The position numbers were made by a program, and so were the translations under genes. 64,000 nt of DNA, from positions 448,001 to 512,000 of the forward strand of contig OZ257142.1 in NCBI GenBank assembly GCA_965279035.1, in the 5' to 3' direction. The DNA is from Bacteroidia bacterium (GTDB lineage Bacteria > Bacteroidota > Bacteroidia > M30B66). The notes beneath the pieces were generated by a model. It ran no database searches and was not told the DNA's origin. It worked only from the letters and a program-made list of their open reading frames with translations. Of this stretch, positions 18,421-26,395 are shown piece by piece (within the stretch, counting starts at the first letter, position 1; the number at the start of each line of letters is the position of its first letter).

Positions 18421-19110
18421 TCAGTGATACGATTTCGTCGATATCAATACCACTCCACTTGTTGTATCACCAAACTGAGCAGGAAGTCCACCTGTTATTA
18501 CGACTATTTCTCCTATGCCTTGATTGGGTAATTGTGGTTCACCAATCACTTTAACTCCATCAATCATATAAAGCGTAGAACCCGAACGTGAACCCGAAAA
18601 ATTGAGTGGATCACCACTATCTTTCATGTATACTTTAGGAACCGTTGAGCCAATAATATTTCCAACATCACGCAAATTTGCAGAATATGAAATGTCTTCT
18701 GGCCCAAGGCGCTTCATCGTTCCGGGTGTTCCTGCTCCAAGTAAATCTTCTTTCCATTTTTCGTGTATGAACTCAAAAACGGTCCCTTCTTTCACACTAA
18801 GTGATTTGTTCAAAAAGGTGATGCTACTGTTTTTAATGAGAACATCCGAAAGTTTCAATCCTTGATAACCAACAAAGCTGATTTCGACTTCGTATTTACC
18901 AACTGGAATACCTTTAATAGCATAATCTCCATTAACATCCGTATATCCACCAAATGTTTGCGTACCGGCTTGAAGTTTTACAACAGCCATCTCGATTCCT
19001 TTTCCAGTAGCGTCGTCGGTAATTTTACCTTGCAACGTACCGCTATTTCCTTGTGCAAAAAGGCCGTTCCCAAACACTATGAGAAAGAGAGCCACGAATA
19101 TGTTTTTCAT
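18421..19110 (-). CDS. Carboxypeptidase-regulatory-like domain plus TonB-receptor plug-like domain protein (no beta-barrel)
   Basis: Signal peptide MKNIFVALF; GKITD...TDVNGDY...GKYEVEISFVGY; plug motifs GSRSGSTLYMIDGVKV and TGGLPAQFGDTTSGVVLISTK. Start set at ATG 19110, with TATCTTTG at 19131-19138. Confidence 0.75.
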   Translation of the reverse strand: MKNIFVALFLIVFGNGLFAQGNSGTLQGKITDDATGKGIEMAVVKLQAGTQTFGGYTDVNGDYAIKGIPVGKYEVEISFVGYQGLKLSDVLIKNSSITFLNKSLSVKEGTVFEFIHEKWKEDLLGAGTPGTMKRLGPEDISYSANLRDVGNIIGSTVPKVYMKDSGDPLNFSGSRSGSTLYMIDGVKVIGEPQLPNQGIGEIVVITGGLPAQFGDTTSGVVLISTKSYH

Positions 19111-19261
19111 ATTTCTAAAATTGATTGAATCAAAGATAGCTGTCAACAAATTGGCTTTCAAGAACATGTTCGGGCAGGTGTCGGATAAAAGCCTTTCATT
19201 ATTTCTTAACATTTTTGGGAGAGAATTGTTAAAAACCATTTGCACATTCGTGATGATTGAT

Positions 19262-19269
19262 TACTTTTG
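19262..19269 (+). promoter_or_regulatory. -7 promoter box (TACTTTTG) for rplU-rpmA
   Basis: Matches TAnnTTTG, 40 nt upstream of rplU. Confidence 0.6.
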
Positions 19270-19309
19270 CGTCCCTTTTCGAAGAAGAGGATAACAAATC
19301 TTTCTTACT

Positions 19310-19621
19310 ATGTACGCAATTGTAGATATCGCAGGTCAGCAATTTAAAGTGGAGAAAGACCAAGAACTGTTTGTTCACCGTCTCGCTAATAACGAAGGTG
19401 ACTCTGTTAAGTTCGACAACGTATTGTTGATCGATAATAACGGATCAGTGAAGGTCGGAGCTCCCACCGTAAGCGGTGCAAGCGTGAGCGCCAAAGTGCT
19501 CACTCACCTAAAAGGTGATAAGGTAATCGTTTTCAAAAAGAAACGCCGTAAAGGCTATCAGAAATCAAACGGTCACCGTCAATCGTTCACCAAAATTCAG
19601 ATTTCAGGAATCAACGCCTAA
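19310..19621 (+). CDS. rplU: 50S ribosomal protein L21
   Basis: [14 protein letters not shown]...FKKKRRKGY...GHRQ. Confidence 0.97.
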   Translation: MYAIVDIAGQQFKVEKDQELFVHRLANNEGDSVKFDNVLLIDNNGSVKVGAPTVSGASVSAKVLTHLKGDKVIVFKKKRRKGYQKSNGHRQSFTKIQISGINA

Positions 19622-19636
19622 TCCCAACAAGAAAAC

Positions 19637-19900
19637 ATGGCACATAAGAAAGGGGCGGGTAGCTCCAAAAACGGTCGCGAATCGCATAGCAAACGTCTTG
19701 GTGTGAAAATTTTTGGTGGTCAACTGGCAATTGCTGGAAACATCATCATCCGTCAACGCGGAACCAAGCATCATCCAGGCCTTAACGTAGGTATTGGAAA
19801 AGATCACACCTTGTTCGCTCTAGTAGATGGCACGGTAGAATTCAAACGTCGCGGCGACGATAAATCGTTCGTGTCGATTGTTCCTTTCGTAGCAGAATAA
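19637..19900 (+). CDS. rpmA: 50S ribosomal protein L27
   Basis: [16 protein letters not shown]...RQRGT...DHTLFAL. Confidence 0.98.
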   Translation: MAHKKGAGSSKNGRESHSKRLGVKIFGGQLAIAGNIIIRQRGTKHHPGLNVGIGKDHTLFALVDGTVEFKRRGDDKSFVSIVPFVAE

Positions 19901-19916
19901 TTTAATATTTTAACAT

Positions 19917-19948
19917 AGCCTCTGTATGGAAACGTACAGAGGCTTTTT
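19917..19948 (+). terminator. Rho-independent terminator after rpmA
   Basis: agcctctgta/tacagaggct stem followed by a T run. Confidence 0.8.
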
Positions 19949-20029
19949 GCGTTGGAGCGAATTCATTCGTTATCTTATACTTATTAAACTGAACAGGAAG
20001 CCAACATTGAATTAATTCAAATTATCTTT

Positions 20030-20189
20030 TGTTGCATATATTCTGTGGCACAATAAAAAGCAACAGAAAAAAAGCAACAGTTGTGTTACCTTTTTTCTGT
20101 TACCTCTAAAAAAAGCAACAAGAATTATGTAACAGTTTTGTTACCTTTTTTCTGTTACATCTAAAAAAGCAACAAGAATTATGTAACAG
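20030..20189. repeat. Tandem ~54-55 bp repeat (two near-identical copies, 20076-20130 and 20131-20184, plus one degenerate upstream copy) built from phased TGTTRC/GYAACA hexamers
   Basis: Read directly: aacagtt(g/t)tgttaccttttttctgttac(c/a)tctaaaaaa(a)gcaacaagaattatgt occurs twice. Confidence 0.9.
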
Positions 20190-20283
20190 AAAAGCCTAGG
20201 CAGATTTGCGAAAGCACCAATTGATTTAATTAGCGTTTCGACTTTTTTATAGAATTATCTGGGGATTGCAAATTCGAAAAAAC

Positions 20284-20318
20284 AAAAAAGCCGCAAAAGA
20301 ACAAGGTCTTATGCGGCT
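20284..20318 (-). terminator. Rho-independent terminator of the LysM transglycosylase gene
   Basis: agccgca/tgcggct stem with a T tract on the minus strand. Confidence 0.65.
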
Positions 20319-20338
20319 ATAGGTTATTAACAATTCCT

Positions 20339-21928
20339 CTATTTCGTCTTTACCTTAATTTTCATTCCTGTTCGTAAAACAGTTTTGGAGGTAAAGCCAT
20401 TCAACTTCTTGATCTCTGATAAAGTCATTCCATGACTAACAGCTACTTTCCACAGCGTATCTCCCGGACGAACTTTATACGTTGAAACACCTGGCGTCTT
20501 TTTCTCTTTTACCGGTTTCCCAGAATCTTTCGGATTGACTACAGGAGTACTCTCTACTTTTTCTTCAGAACCCTGAGTCGTTGTTTGTACTTCTTCGGCA
20601 GGTTTAATTTCGCTATTTCCTCCGCTTGCCTTTACCGATTGTTCAACCTGAGCGGAATAGGGTGATGTTACTTTTAATCGCTGTCCTCGCTTGAGTTTCG
20701 CGCTCATCAGCTTATTCCACTTTTTGATATCATTCACCGTTACTCCATACTTTCTCGCAACGGCCGAAATGCTCTCTCCCGAACGAACCACGTGGGTTTT
20801 GGATGCAATTGGAAGCGCTCGTTTGATACTCATCAAACTATCCATGCGGCTTTCGCGTGGCGATTTGTAATTGTATATGGTTTCTTCGTTATTAATAAAC
20901 GCAGCCACCTTTCCTTTGGGCAAGGTTAATATATGATGTCCTTCCGTTTCGGGAATAACGCCTAATAAATACGATGGGTTTAAAAAGGCAATGTCTTCAA
21001 CGGGCATGTCCAATACAGCAGAAAGCTGATTGAACGTTAAACGACGATGAATATGTAATGTATCAATCTCATTGAAAATCGCTTTGGGCATAATCGGATA
21101 GAGATTATGCTCTTTCGAATAATTCATCACATAAACCGCTGCAATAAATGCAGGAACATAACCGGCTGTTTCGCGCGGTAAATAAGGGCGTAAATCCCAA
21201 TAGTTTGTTTTTCCACCGGAACGCCGAATGGCTTTATTCACATTTCCCGGTCCGCTATTATAAGCAGCCAAAACCAATGACCAATCTTTATAAATAGAGT
21301 AGAGGTACTTCATGTATAAACACGCGGCTTCGGTCGATTTTATTGGATCGCAGCGCTCATCCACATAACTATTGATGTTGAGCTTAAACAATTTACCTGT
21401 TCCATACATGAACTGCCATAATCCTTGAGCACCAACTCGGGATCGAGCTGCAGGATTTAATGCTGATTCAACAATGGCTAAATATTTTAACTCAAGCGGC
21501 ATTTTATATTTGGCAAGAGTTTCTTCAAATAAGGGGAAATACAATTCCGATAAACCAATCATGCGAGAAACCTGATTGCGTTTACGAATCGAATACATAT
21601 TGATATAGGCTTTCACCTCATCATTGTAAATCAATTTGAATGGAGAAAGCGCATCCATTTTCGCAATGCGTTCGGCAAGAATCTGTGGAGAATAAACAGG
21701 AACCGAATCGGCAGAAAACCCAAAGTTCCCCGGACGGCCAAATTCTCCACCAAAACGAGTTGTTTCGAACAACTTTAAATAAGCTAAACTATCGAGTTGT
21801 GCTGCAATGGGATCATCAGCAAGTAAACGAACGGATGTATCGCGTGCTGAAACATAGGTCCTCTTTTGCGGAAAAACGATGCTTGCCAACAGCAGGAAAA
21901 ATCCAGAAAAGACGACTTTTAAACGCAT
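20339..21928 (-). CDS. Lytic murein transglycosylase with two LysM domains (MltD-like)
   Basis: LAIVESALNP, GLWQFM, LAAYNSGPG and LPRETAGYVP; LysM motifs HVVRSGES and YKVRPGDTL. Start reassigned to ATG 21928. Confidence 0.9.
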   Translation of the reverse strand: MRLKVVFSGFFLLLASIVFPQKRTYVSARDTSVRLLADDPIAAQLDSLAYLKLFETTRFGGEFGRPGNFGFSADSVPVYSPQILAERIAKMDALSPFKLIYNDEVKAYINMYSIRKRNQVSRMIGLSELYFPLFEETLAKYKMPLELKYLAIVESALNPAARSRVGAQGLWQFMYGTGKLFKLNINSYVDERCDPIKSTEAACLYMKYLYSIYKDWSLVLAAYNSGPGNVNKAIRRSGGKTNYWDLRPYLPRETAGYVPAFIAAVYVMNYSKEHNLYPIMPKAIFNEIDTLHIHRRLTFNQLSAVLDMPVEDIAFLNPSYLLGVIPETEGHHILTLPKGKVAAFINNEETIYNYKSPRESRMDSLMSIKRALPIASKTHVVRSGESISAVARKYGVTVNDIKKWNKLMSAKLKRGQRLKVTSPYSAQVEQSVKASGGNSEIKPAEEVQTTTQGSEEKVESTPVVNPKDSGKPVKEKKTPGVSTYKVRPGDTLWKVAVSHGMTLSEIKKLNGFTSKTVLRTGMKIKVKTK

Positions 21929-22090
21929 GCGTATATTGAAACGAATTGAAATTAAACTTAGTACATTGGTTTTGCCGCAGGTTGAATGCAGAAAAGGGCA
22001 ATTGCCCAAACCTAAACGATTTTTGCAAATGAAATGGTGTGTCGAATAGGAAATTCAACACATGCTTGTTCACAAAGAACGACGAATCCC

Positions 22091-23521
22091 TTAAGCGGGT
22101 TCGGCCATTCCTGCCATCAATCTTGCAGAGAATGCGAGAAGTTCTTGGTCATGAAACGAATTTGCCATCACCTGAACACCGAAAGGCAAGCCATTGCTAT
22201 GTTTTCCTAAAGGAAGTGAGATAGCAGGAATACCACATAAGTTTGCTTGAACGGTGTAAATGTCCTCGAGGTACATTTTTATTGGATCGTTGCTTCGATC
22301 GCCCAATATAAATGCTGTTCCGGGTGTGCTTGGAAGCAAAATAAAATCATTTTCATCGAAAATCTCACGGGTACGACTTCTCAAAATCTGACGTACTTTT
22401 TGGGCTTTAGAATAATATGCATCATAATAACCCGAGCTTAAAACGAAGGTTCCGAGCATGATTCTGCGTTTTACTTCTTTCCCAAATCCTTCCGAACGCG
22501 ATAATTTATACGTGCTTTCTAAATCATGCGCATTCTTACTTCGGTAACCGTAATGTATTCCATCGAAACGTGAAAGATTGGACGAAGCCTCGGCGGTTGT
22601 TAAAACGTAATACGTTGGAATTACATAATCCAAATAAGGGAATTCAACCGCATTTACGGTATGACCATCCGCGCGCAACTGCTCAATCAAATCGAGCATG
22701 CGATCACGTATTTCTGGGTCTAGTCCTTCGTTTTCAATATAATCAGGCATATAGGCAATACGGTACTTGCCTGTTGCTTTTAAGTGTTCCGAAAAATGAG
22801 GCGCAGCTTGTTGACGCATCGTTGCATCAAATTCGTCAGGCCCAGCAATAACCTCTAAAATAGCAGCACAATCTTCTACATTATTGGCCAATGGACCAAT
22901 TTGATCAAATGACGAAGCATACGCAATACATCCCCAACGGGAAACCTGTCCATATGTTGGCTTCAACCCAACCACACCGCAAAAAGAAGCTGGTTGTCGA
23001 ATAGAACCACCTGTATCTGAACCTAAAGTAGCTAAACACAATCCTGCAGCAACTGCAGCTGCCGATCCTCCCGAAGAACCTCCGGGTACACGTGTTTTAT
23101 CATATGGATTTTTAACTGGACCAAAGGCTGAATTTTCATTTGAGCTGCCCATGGCAAATTCGTCGCAATTCGTTCGACCAATGATTACGGCATCTTCATC
23201 AATCAATCGTTGAACAACAGTAGCCGTATATATCGATTCAAAGCCTTCTAGAATTTTACTCGATGCAGAAACTTTATGTCCTTTGTAACAAAGATTATCT
23301 TTCAATCCAATCACCATCCCAGCCATCTTTCCGGCTGTTCCGGCTTTCCATTTCTGATCAGCTGCTTGGGCTTGTTTTAAAGCATCTTCTTCGAATACTT
23401 CCAAGAAAGCATTTAAATCAGCTTTTTCTTGAATGGTTTTTAAGTAATGGCGGGTAATCGCCTCGATGGTCGTTGTACCGGCGCTTAATGCAGCTCGGGT
23501 TTCGGCCAGAGATAAATACAT
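22091..23521 (-). CDS. gatA: Asp-tRNA(Asn)/Glu-tRNA(Gln) amidotransferase subunit A
   Basis: Amidase signature PGGSSGGSAAAV, GSDTGGSIRQPA and EVKRRIMLGTFVLSSGYYDAYY. Confidence 0.95.
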   Translation of the reverse strand: MYLSLAETRAALSAGTTTIEAITRHYLKTIQEKADLNAFLEVFEEDALKQAQAADQKWKAGTAGKMAGMVIGLKDNLCYKGHKVSASSKILEGFESIYTATVVQRLIDEDAVIIGRTNCDEFAMGSSNENSAFGPVKNPYDKTRVPGGSSGGSAAAVAAGLCLATLGSDTGGSIRQPASFCGVVGLKPTYGQVSRWGCIAYASSFDQIGPLANNVEDCAAILEVIAGPDEFDATMRQQAAPHFSEHLKATGKYRIAYMPDYIENEGLDPEIRDRMLDLIEQLRADGHTVNAVEFPYLDYVIPTYYVLTTAEASSNLSRFDGIHYGYRSKNAHDLESTYKLSRSEGFGKEVKRRIMLGTFVLSSGYYDAYYSKAQKVRQILRSRTREIFDENDFILLPSTPGTAFILGDRSNDPIKMYLEDIYTVQANLCGIPAISLPLGKHSNGLPFGVQVMANSFHDQELLAFSARLMAGMAEPA

Positions 23522-23561
23522 AGGCTTATTGATATTGCAATTCGTTTTTTATTCGTCGAAA

Positions 23562-23729
23562 TTAATCGTTGTTTTTTCCGTCTTTGGCATCCTTAAATTC
23601 TCGAATGCCCTGCCCAATGCCTTTCATCAAACCGGGAATCTTTTTTCCTCCAAAAAGTAACAAAACGCAGCCAACAATGAGCACAATTTGCCAAGGACCA
23701 ACAACACCAAGCAATACAGACAAATTCAT
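23562..23729 (-). CDS. tatA: Twin-arginine translocase TatA/TatE subunit
   Basis: LLLFGGKKIPGLMKGIGQGIREFK. ATG 23729 preferred because a TACATTTG box (23747-23754) overlaps the upstream GTG. Confidence 0.9.
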   Translation of the reverse strand: MNLSVLLGVVGPWQIVLIVGCVLLLFGGKKIPGLMKGIGQGIREFKDAKDGKNND

Positions 23730-23789
23730 AACAATGAGATTATTCACAAATGTAGTCGTTTCTTGAACCTGATCGACACATAGTAAGGT

Positions 23790-24620
23790 CTACAGATTTC
23801 CTGCTAAACGGTTTTTCTCAACACGAGCGGCAATAAAAATACTGATCTCGTAAAGGATAAAAAGTGGAATGGAAACAATGATTTGACTTGTTACATCTGG
23901 TGGCGTGATCACAGCAGCAACAATCAAAATCACCACATACGAAACTCGACGTATGCTTCTGAGTGATGCTGCTCCAACGAGACCAATTTTTGCTAAAAAG
24001 TAAATGATGATCGGTAATTCGAAAACCAAGCCGCTTCCAAACGTGGTCGTTACCACAGTAGAAATAAAACTATTCAATCCAATTTGATTACTCACCAAAG
24101 CGCTTACTTGATAATTCCCGAAAAAATAAACGCTCATTGGAGTTATAACATAATAGCCAAACGCAATTCCCAAAAGGAAAAGGAATGTTCCCCAGAATAC
24201 AAGTCCGTTTGCGTATTTACGCTCGCTTTGGTACAAGGCAGGTTTGATAAAACGCCAGATTTCCCAAAGTAAATAAGGAAATGCTAAAACAATTCCTGTA
24301 ACAATGGCAATGGTAATATGAGCCGTAAATTGTCCCGACATGCTGATGCTGATCAACTCAAAGTTGAGGTCTCCTAAACAGATACTTTCATCGTTAAATA
24401 ATGCGTGAGAAAGCCAACAAAAGAAACGATACGTAGGAAAATCGGGATATTTGGGAGCTAATAATATTCCGTCGAAAATCAGGTCTTTGTAAATGAAAGC
24501 AAGCGTTCCAAAAACAAAAATGGCAATAGCCGATCGAACCAGATGCCAGCGTAAGGCTTCTAGGTGATCGAGAAAACTCATTTCGTGACCAATTTCTTCT
24601 TCGGGTTGATCGAGTGCCAT
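23790..24620 (-). CDS. tatC: Twin-arginine translocase subunit TatC
   Basis: MSFLDHLEALRWHL, FIKPALY, FELP and ITPPDV.SQ motifs. Confidence 0.95.
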   Translation of the reverse strand: MALDQPEEEIGHEMSFLDHLEALRWHLVRSAIAIFVFGTLAFIYKDLIFDGILLAPKYPDFPTYRFFCWLSHALFNDESICLGDLNFELISISMSGQFTAHITIAIVTGIVLAFPYLLWEIWRFIKPALYQSERKYANGLVFWGTFLFLLGIAFGYYVITPMSVYFFGNYQVSALVSNQIGLNSFISTVVTTTFGSGLVFELPIIIYFLAKIGLVGAASLRSIRRVSYVVILIVAAVITPPDVTSQIIVSIPLFILYEISIFIAARVEKNRLAGNL

Positions 24621-24679
24621 GGGGCGGCAAAGATAACAAGCTCAAGCAATCAAATACTTGAATGCAGCATGTTGATCAA

Positions 24680-25012
24680 TTATTTCAAGCTTTTAAGCAC
24701 ATTGGTATATTCTTCTAGCAAAGCCATGTATTTATCTTTCCAGAATTGAGCCGAATTATTGCCATATCCTTCCTCCGATCCATCAAGAAATAGAAAGCTG
24801 TTTTTTGAATCCGGCTTGAGTTGTTGGACTTTATTGGAAAAATCAACATGAATGATTCTACCTATCTCAATTAAAATATCCAAAGGAACATCTGGCAATA
24901 AGAACTGATTATACAACCACCTTCTGCTCTTATTTAATTTTTTTACGATCCGAGTTAAAGGAACTCCACTGTCTTTAATTGCTTCTTTTAAAAGTTCTCC
25001 TCGGTGTTGCAT
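24680..25012 (-). CDS. XRE-like helix-turn-helix protein
   Basis: HRGELLKEAIK.SG..LT.IVKKLNKSRRWLYNQF HTH-like N-terminus and a C-terminal WKDKYMALLEEY helix. Start reassigned to ATG 25012. Confidence 0.6.
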   Translation of the reverse strand: MQHRGELLKEAIKDSGVPLTRIVKKLNKSRRWLYNQFLLPDVPLDILIEIGRIIHVDFSNKVQQLKPDSKNSFLFLDGSEEGYGNNSAQFWKDKYMALLEEYTNVLKSLK

Positions 25013-25141
25013 CGGTACAAATCTCCGTCGCACTCTGTAAATTATATTTTACATATTGTGCGCACATATGTAAACAAAGTGAGCGCTGCTCTTTCTTTAT
25101 TCCCCTCTATCTTAAAAGCACGATTCATTTACCTTCGCTTC

Positions 25142-26314
25142 ATGCAAGAACAATTTCCTCTTTCAATGATCCTCAACGAACTTGGGGAAAATCGTGAACT
25201 CTATTTCAATGCTGTTTCTCCTGCCATTGCTCAAACATCGAACTTTTGTTTTGCCTCAGTGGCTAACATGCGCCAAGCATTACAAACAGAATTTGAAACA
25301 CCTTTTTACACTCGAGGATTTAATCCAACAGTTGGTATCCTTCGCCAAAAATTAGCTGCTTTAGAAGGAACAGAAGATGCCTTAGTTTGTGGATCTGGAA
25401 GTGCTGCTGTTGCTGTTGCAGTTATGGGAAATCTAAAAGCTGGCGATCATGTAATTTGTGTGCAAAAACCCTATAGTTGGACCTATAAACTCCTCAATGT
25501 TTTGCTTGCCCGTTTTGGAGTTGAAACAACGTTTATCGATGGAACCGAGATCGCTTCGTTTGAACAGGCACTTCAGCCCAATACTACACTCGTTTTTATT
25601 GAAAGTCCCAATTCAATGACTTTCGAATTGCAAGACATACGAGCTGTTGCCGATTTTGCAAAACGAAATCACCTACTGAGCATCATTGATAATTCCTATT
25701 CATCGCCCTTATTTCAACAACCACATTTGATGGGAATTGATCTGGTTGTACACTCTGCAACTAAATATTTGAATGGACATTCGGATGTTGTTGCTGGCGT
25801 TATTTGTGGCAATCGTGAACGGATCCAAAGCTTATTTGCAAACGATTGGATGACGCTAGGTACAGCTATTTCTCCACACGATGCTTGGTTATTGATTCGC
25901 GGATTACGCACGTTGGAAATTCGAGCGGAACGATCGGCCGATACTGCAGAACACATCATTCCGATACTGGAAAATCATCCGAAAATCTCGAAGGTTATAT
26001 GGCCTTTTTCGAAACAACATCCTCAACAAGAACTTGCACGAAAACAAATGAAACGTTGTGCTGGAATGTTCAGCCTTGTTATTCAAACCGATTCTCCTGC
26101 AGGAGTTGAGCGTTTTTGCGATTCATTGAAGCATTTTCTGATCGCTTGTTCTTGGGGTGGTTATGAATCCTTAGTTTTTCCAGTGTGTGGATTAGCAAGC
26201 ACTCCTTCTTACGACAATCCGCTTATGCCTTGGAATTTAGTTCGCGTTTATGTTGGATTAGAAGATGCTCAATTGTTAAAAGACGATCTGCTTCAAGCTT
26301 TAGATCAAGTTTGA
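25142..26314 (+). CDS. PLP-dependent trans-sulfuration enzyme (cystathionine gamma-synthase/beta-lyase/methionine gamma-lyase family)
   Basis: YTRGFNPT, ESPNS, IDNS, HSATKYLNGHSD (PLP lysine) and SWGGYESL. Start reassigned to ATG 25142. Confidence 0.9.
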   Translation: MQEQFPLSMILNELGENRELYFNAVSPAIAQTSNFCFASVANMRQALQTEFETPFYTRGFNPTVGILRQKLAALEGTEDALVCGSGSAAVAVAVMGNLKAGDHVICVQKPYSWTYKLLNVLLARFGVETTFIDGTEIASFEQALQPNTTLVFIESPNSMTFELQDIRAVADFAKRNHLLSIIDNSYSSPLFQQPHLMGIDLVVHSATKYLNGHSDVVAGVICGNRERIQSLFANDWMTLGTAISPHDAWLLIRGLRTLEIRAERSADTAEHIIPILENHPKISKVIWPFSKQHPQQELARKQMKRCAGMFSLVIQTDSPAGVERFCDSLKHFLIACSWGGYESLVFPVCGLASTPSYDNPLMPWNLVRVYVGLEDAQLLKDDLLQALDQV

Positions 26315-26395
26315 AATCGTATTGACGAAACAAGATCATTTTTTCTGCGTTTCTAATCCTATTCAGGTTGATGCATCCTGTTGTATATTCGTGCC

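Noticed and set aside
20030-20189. Possible CRISPR mini-array
   Set aside because: Units are contiguous with no unique spacers, and there are no cas genes in the window.
25004-25141. Apparent overlap of the divergent HTH and PLP-enzyme ORFs
   Set aside because: The overlap disappears with starts at 25012 (minus) and 25142 (plus), each next to a -7-like box.
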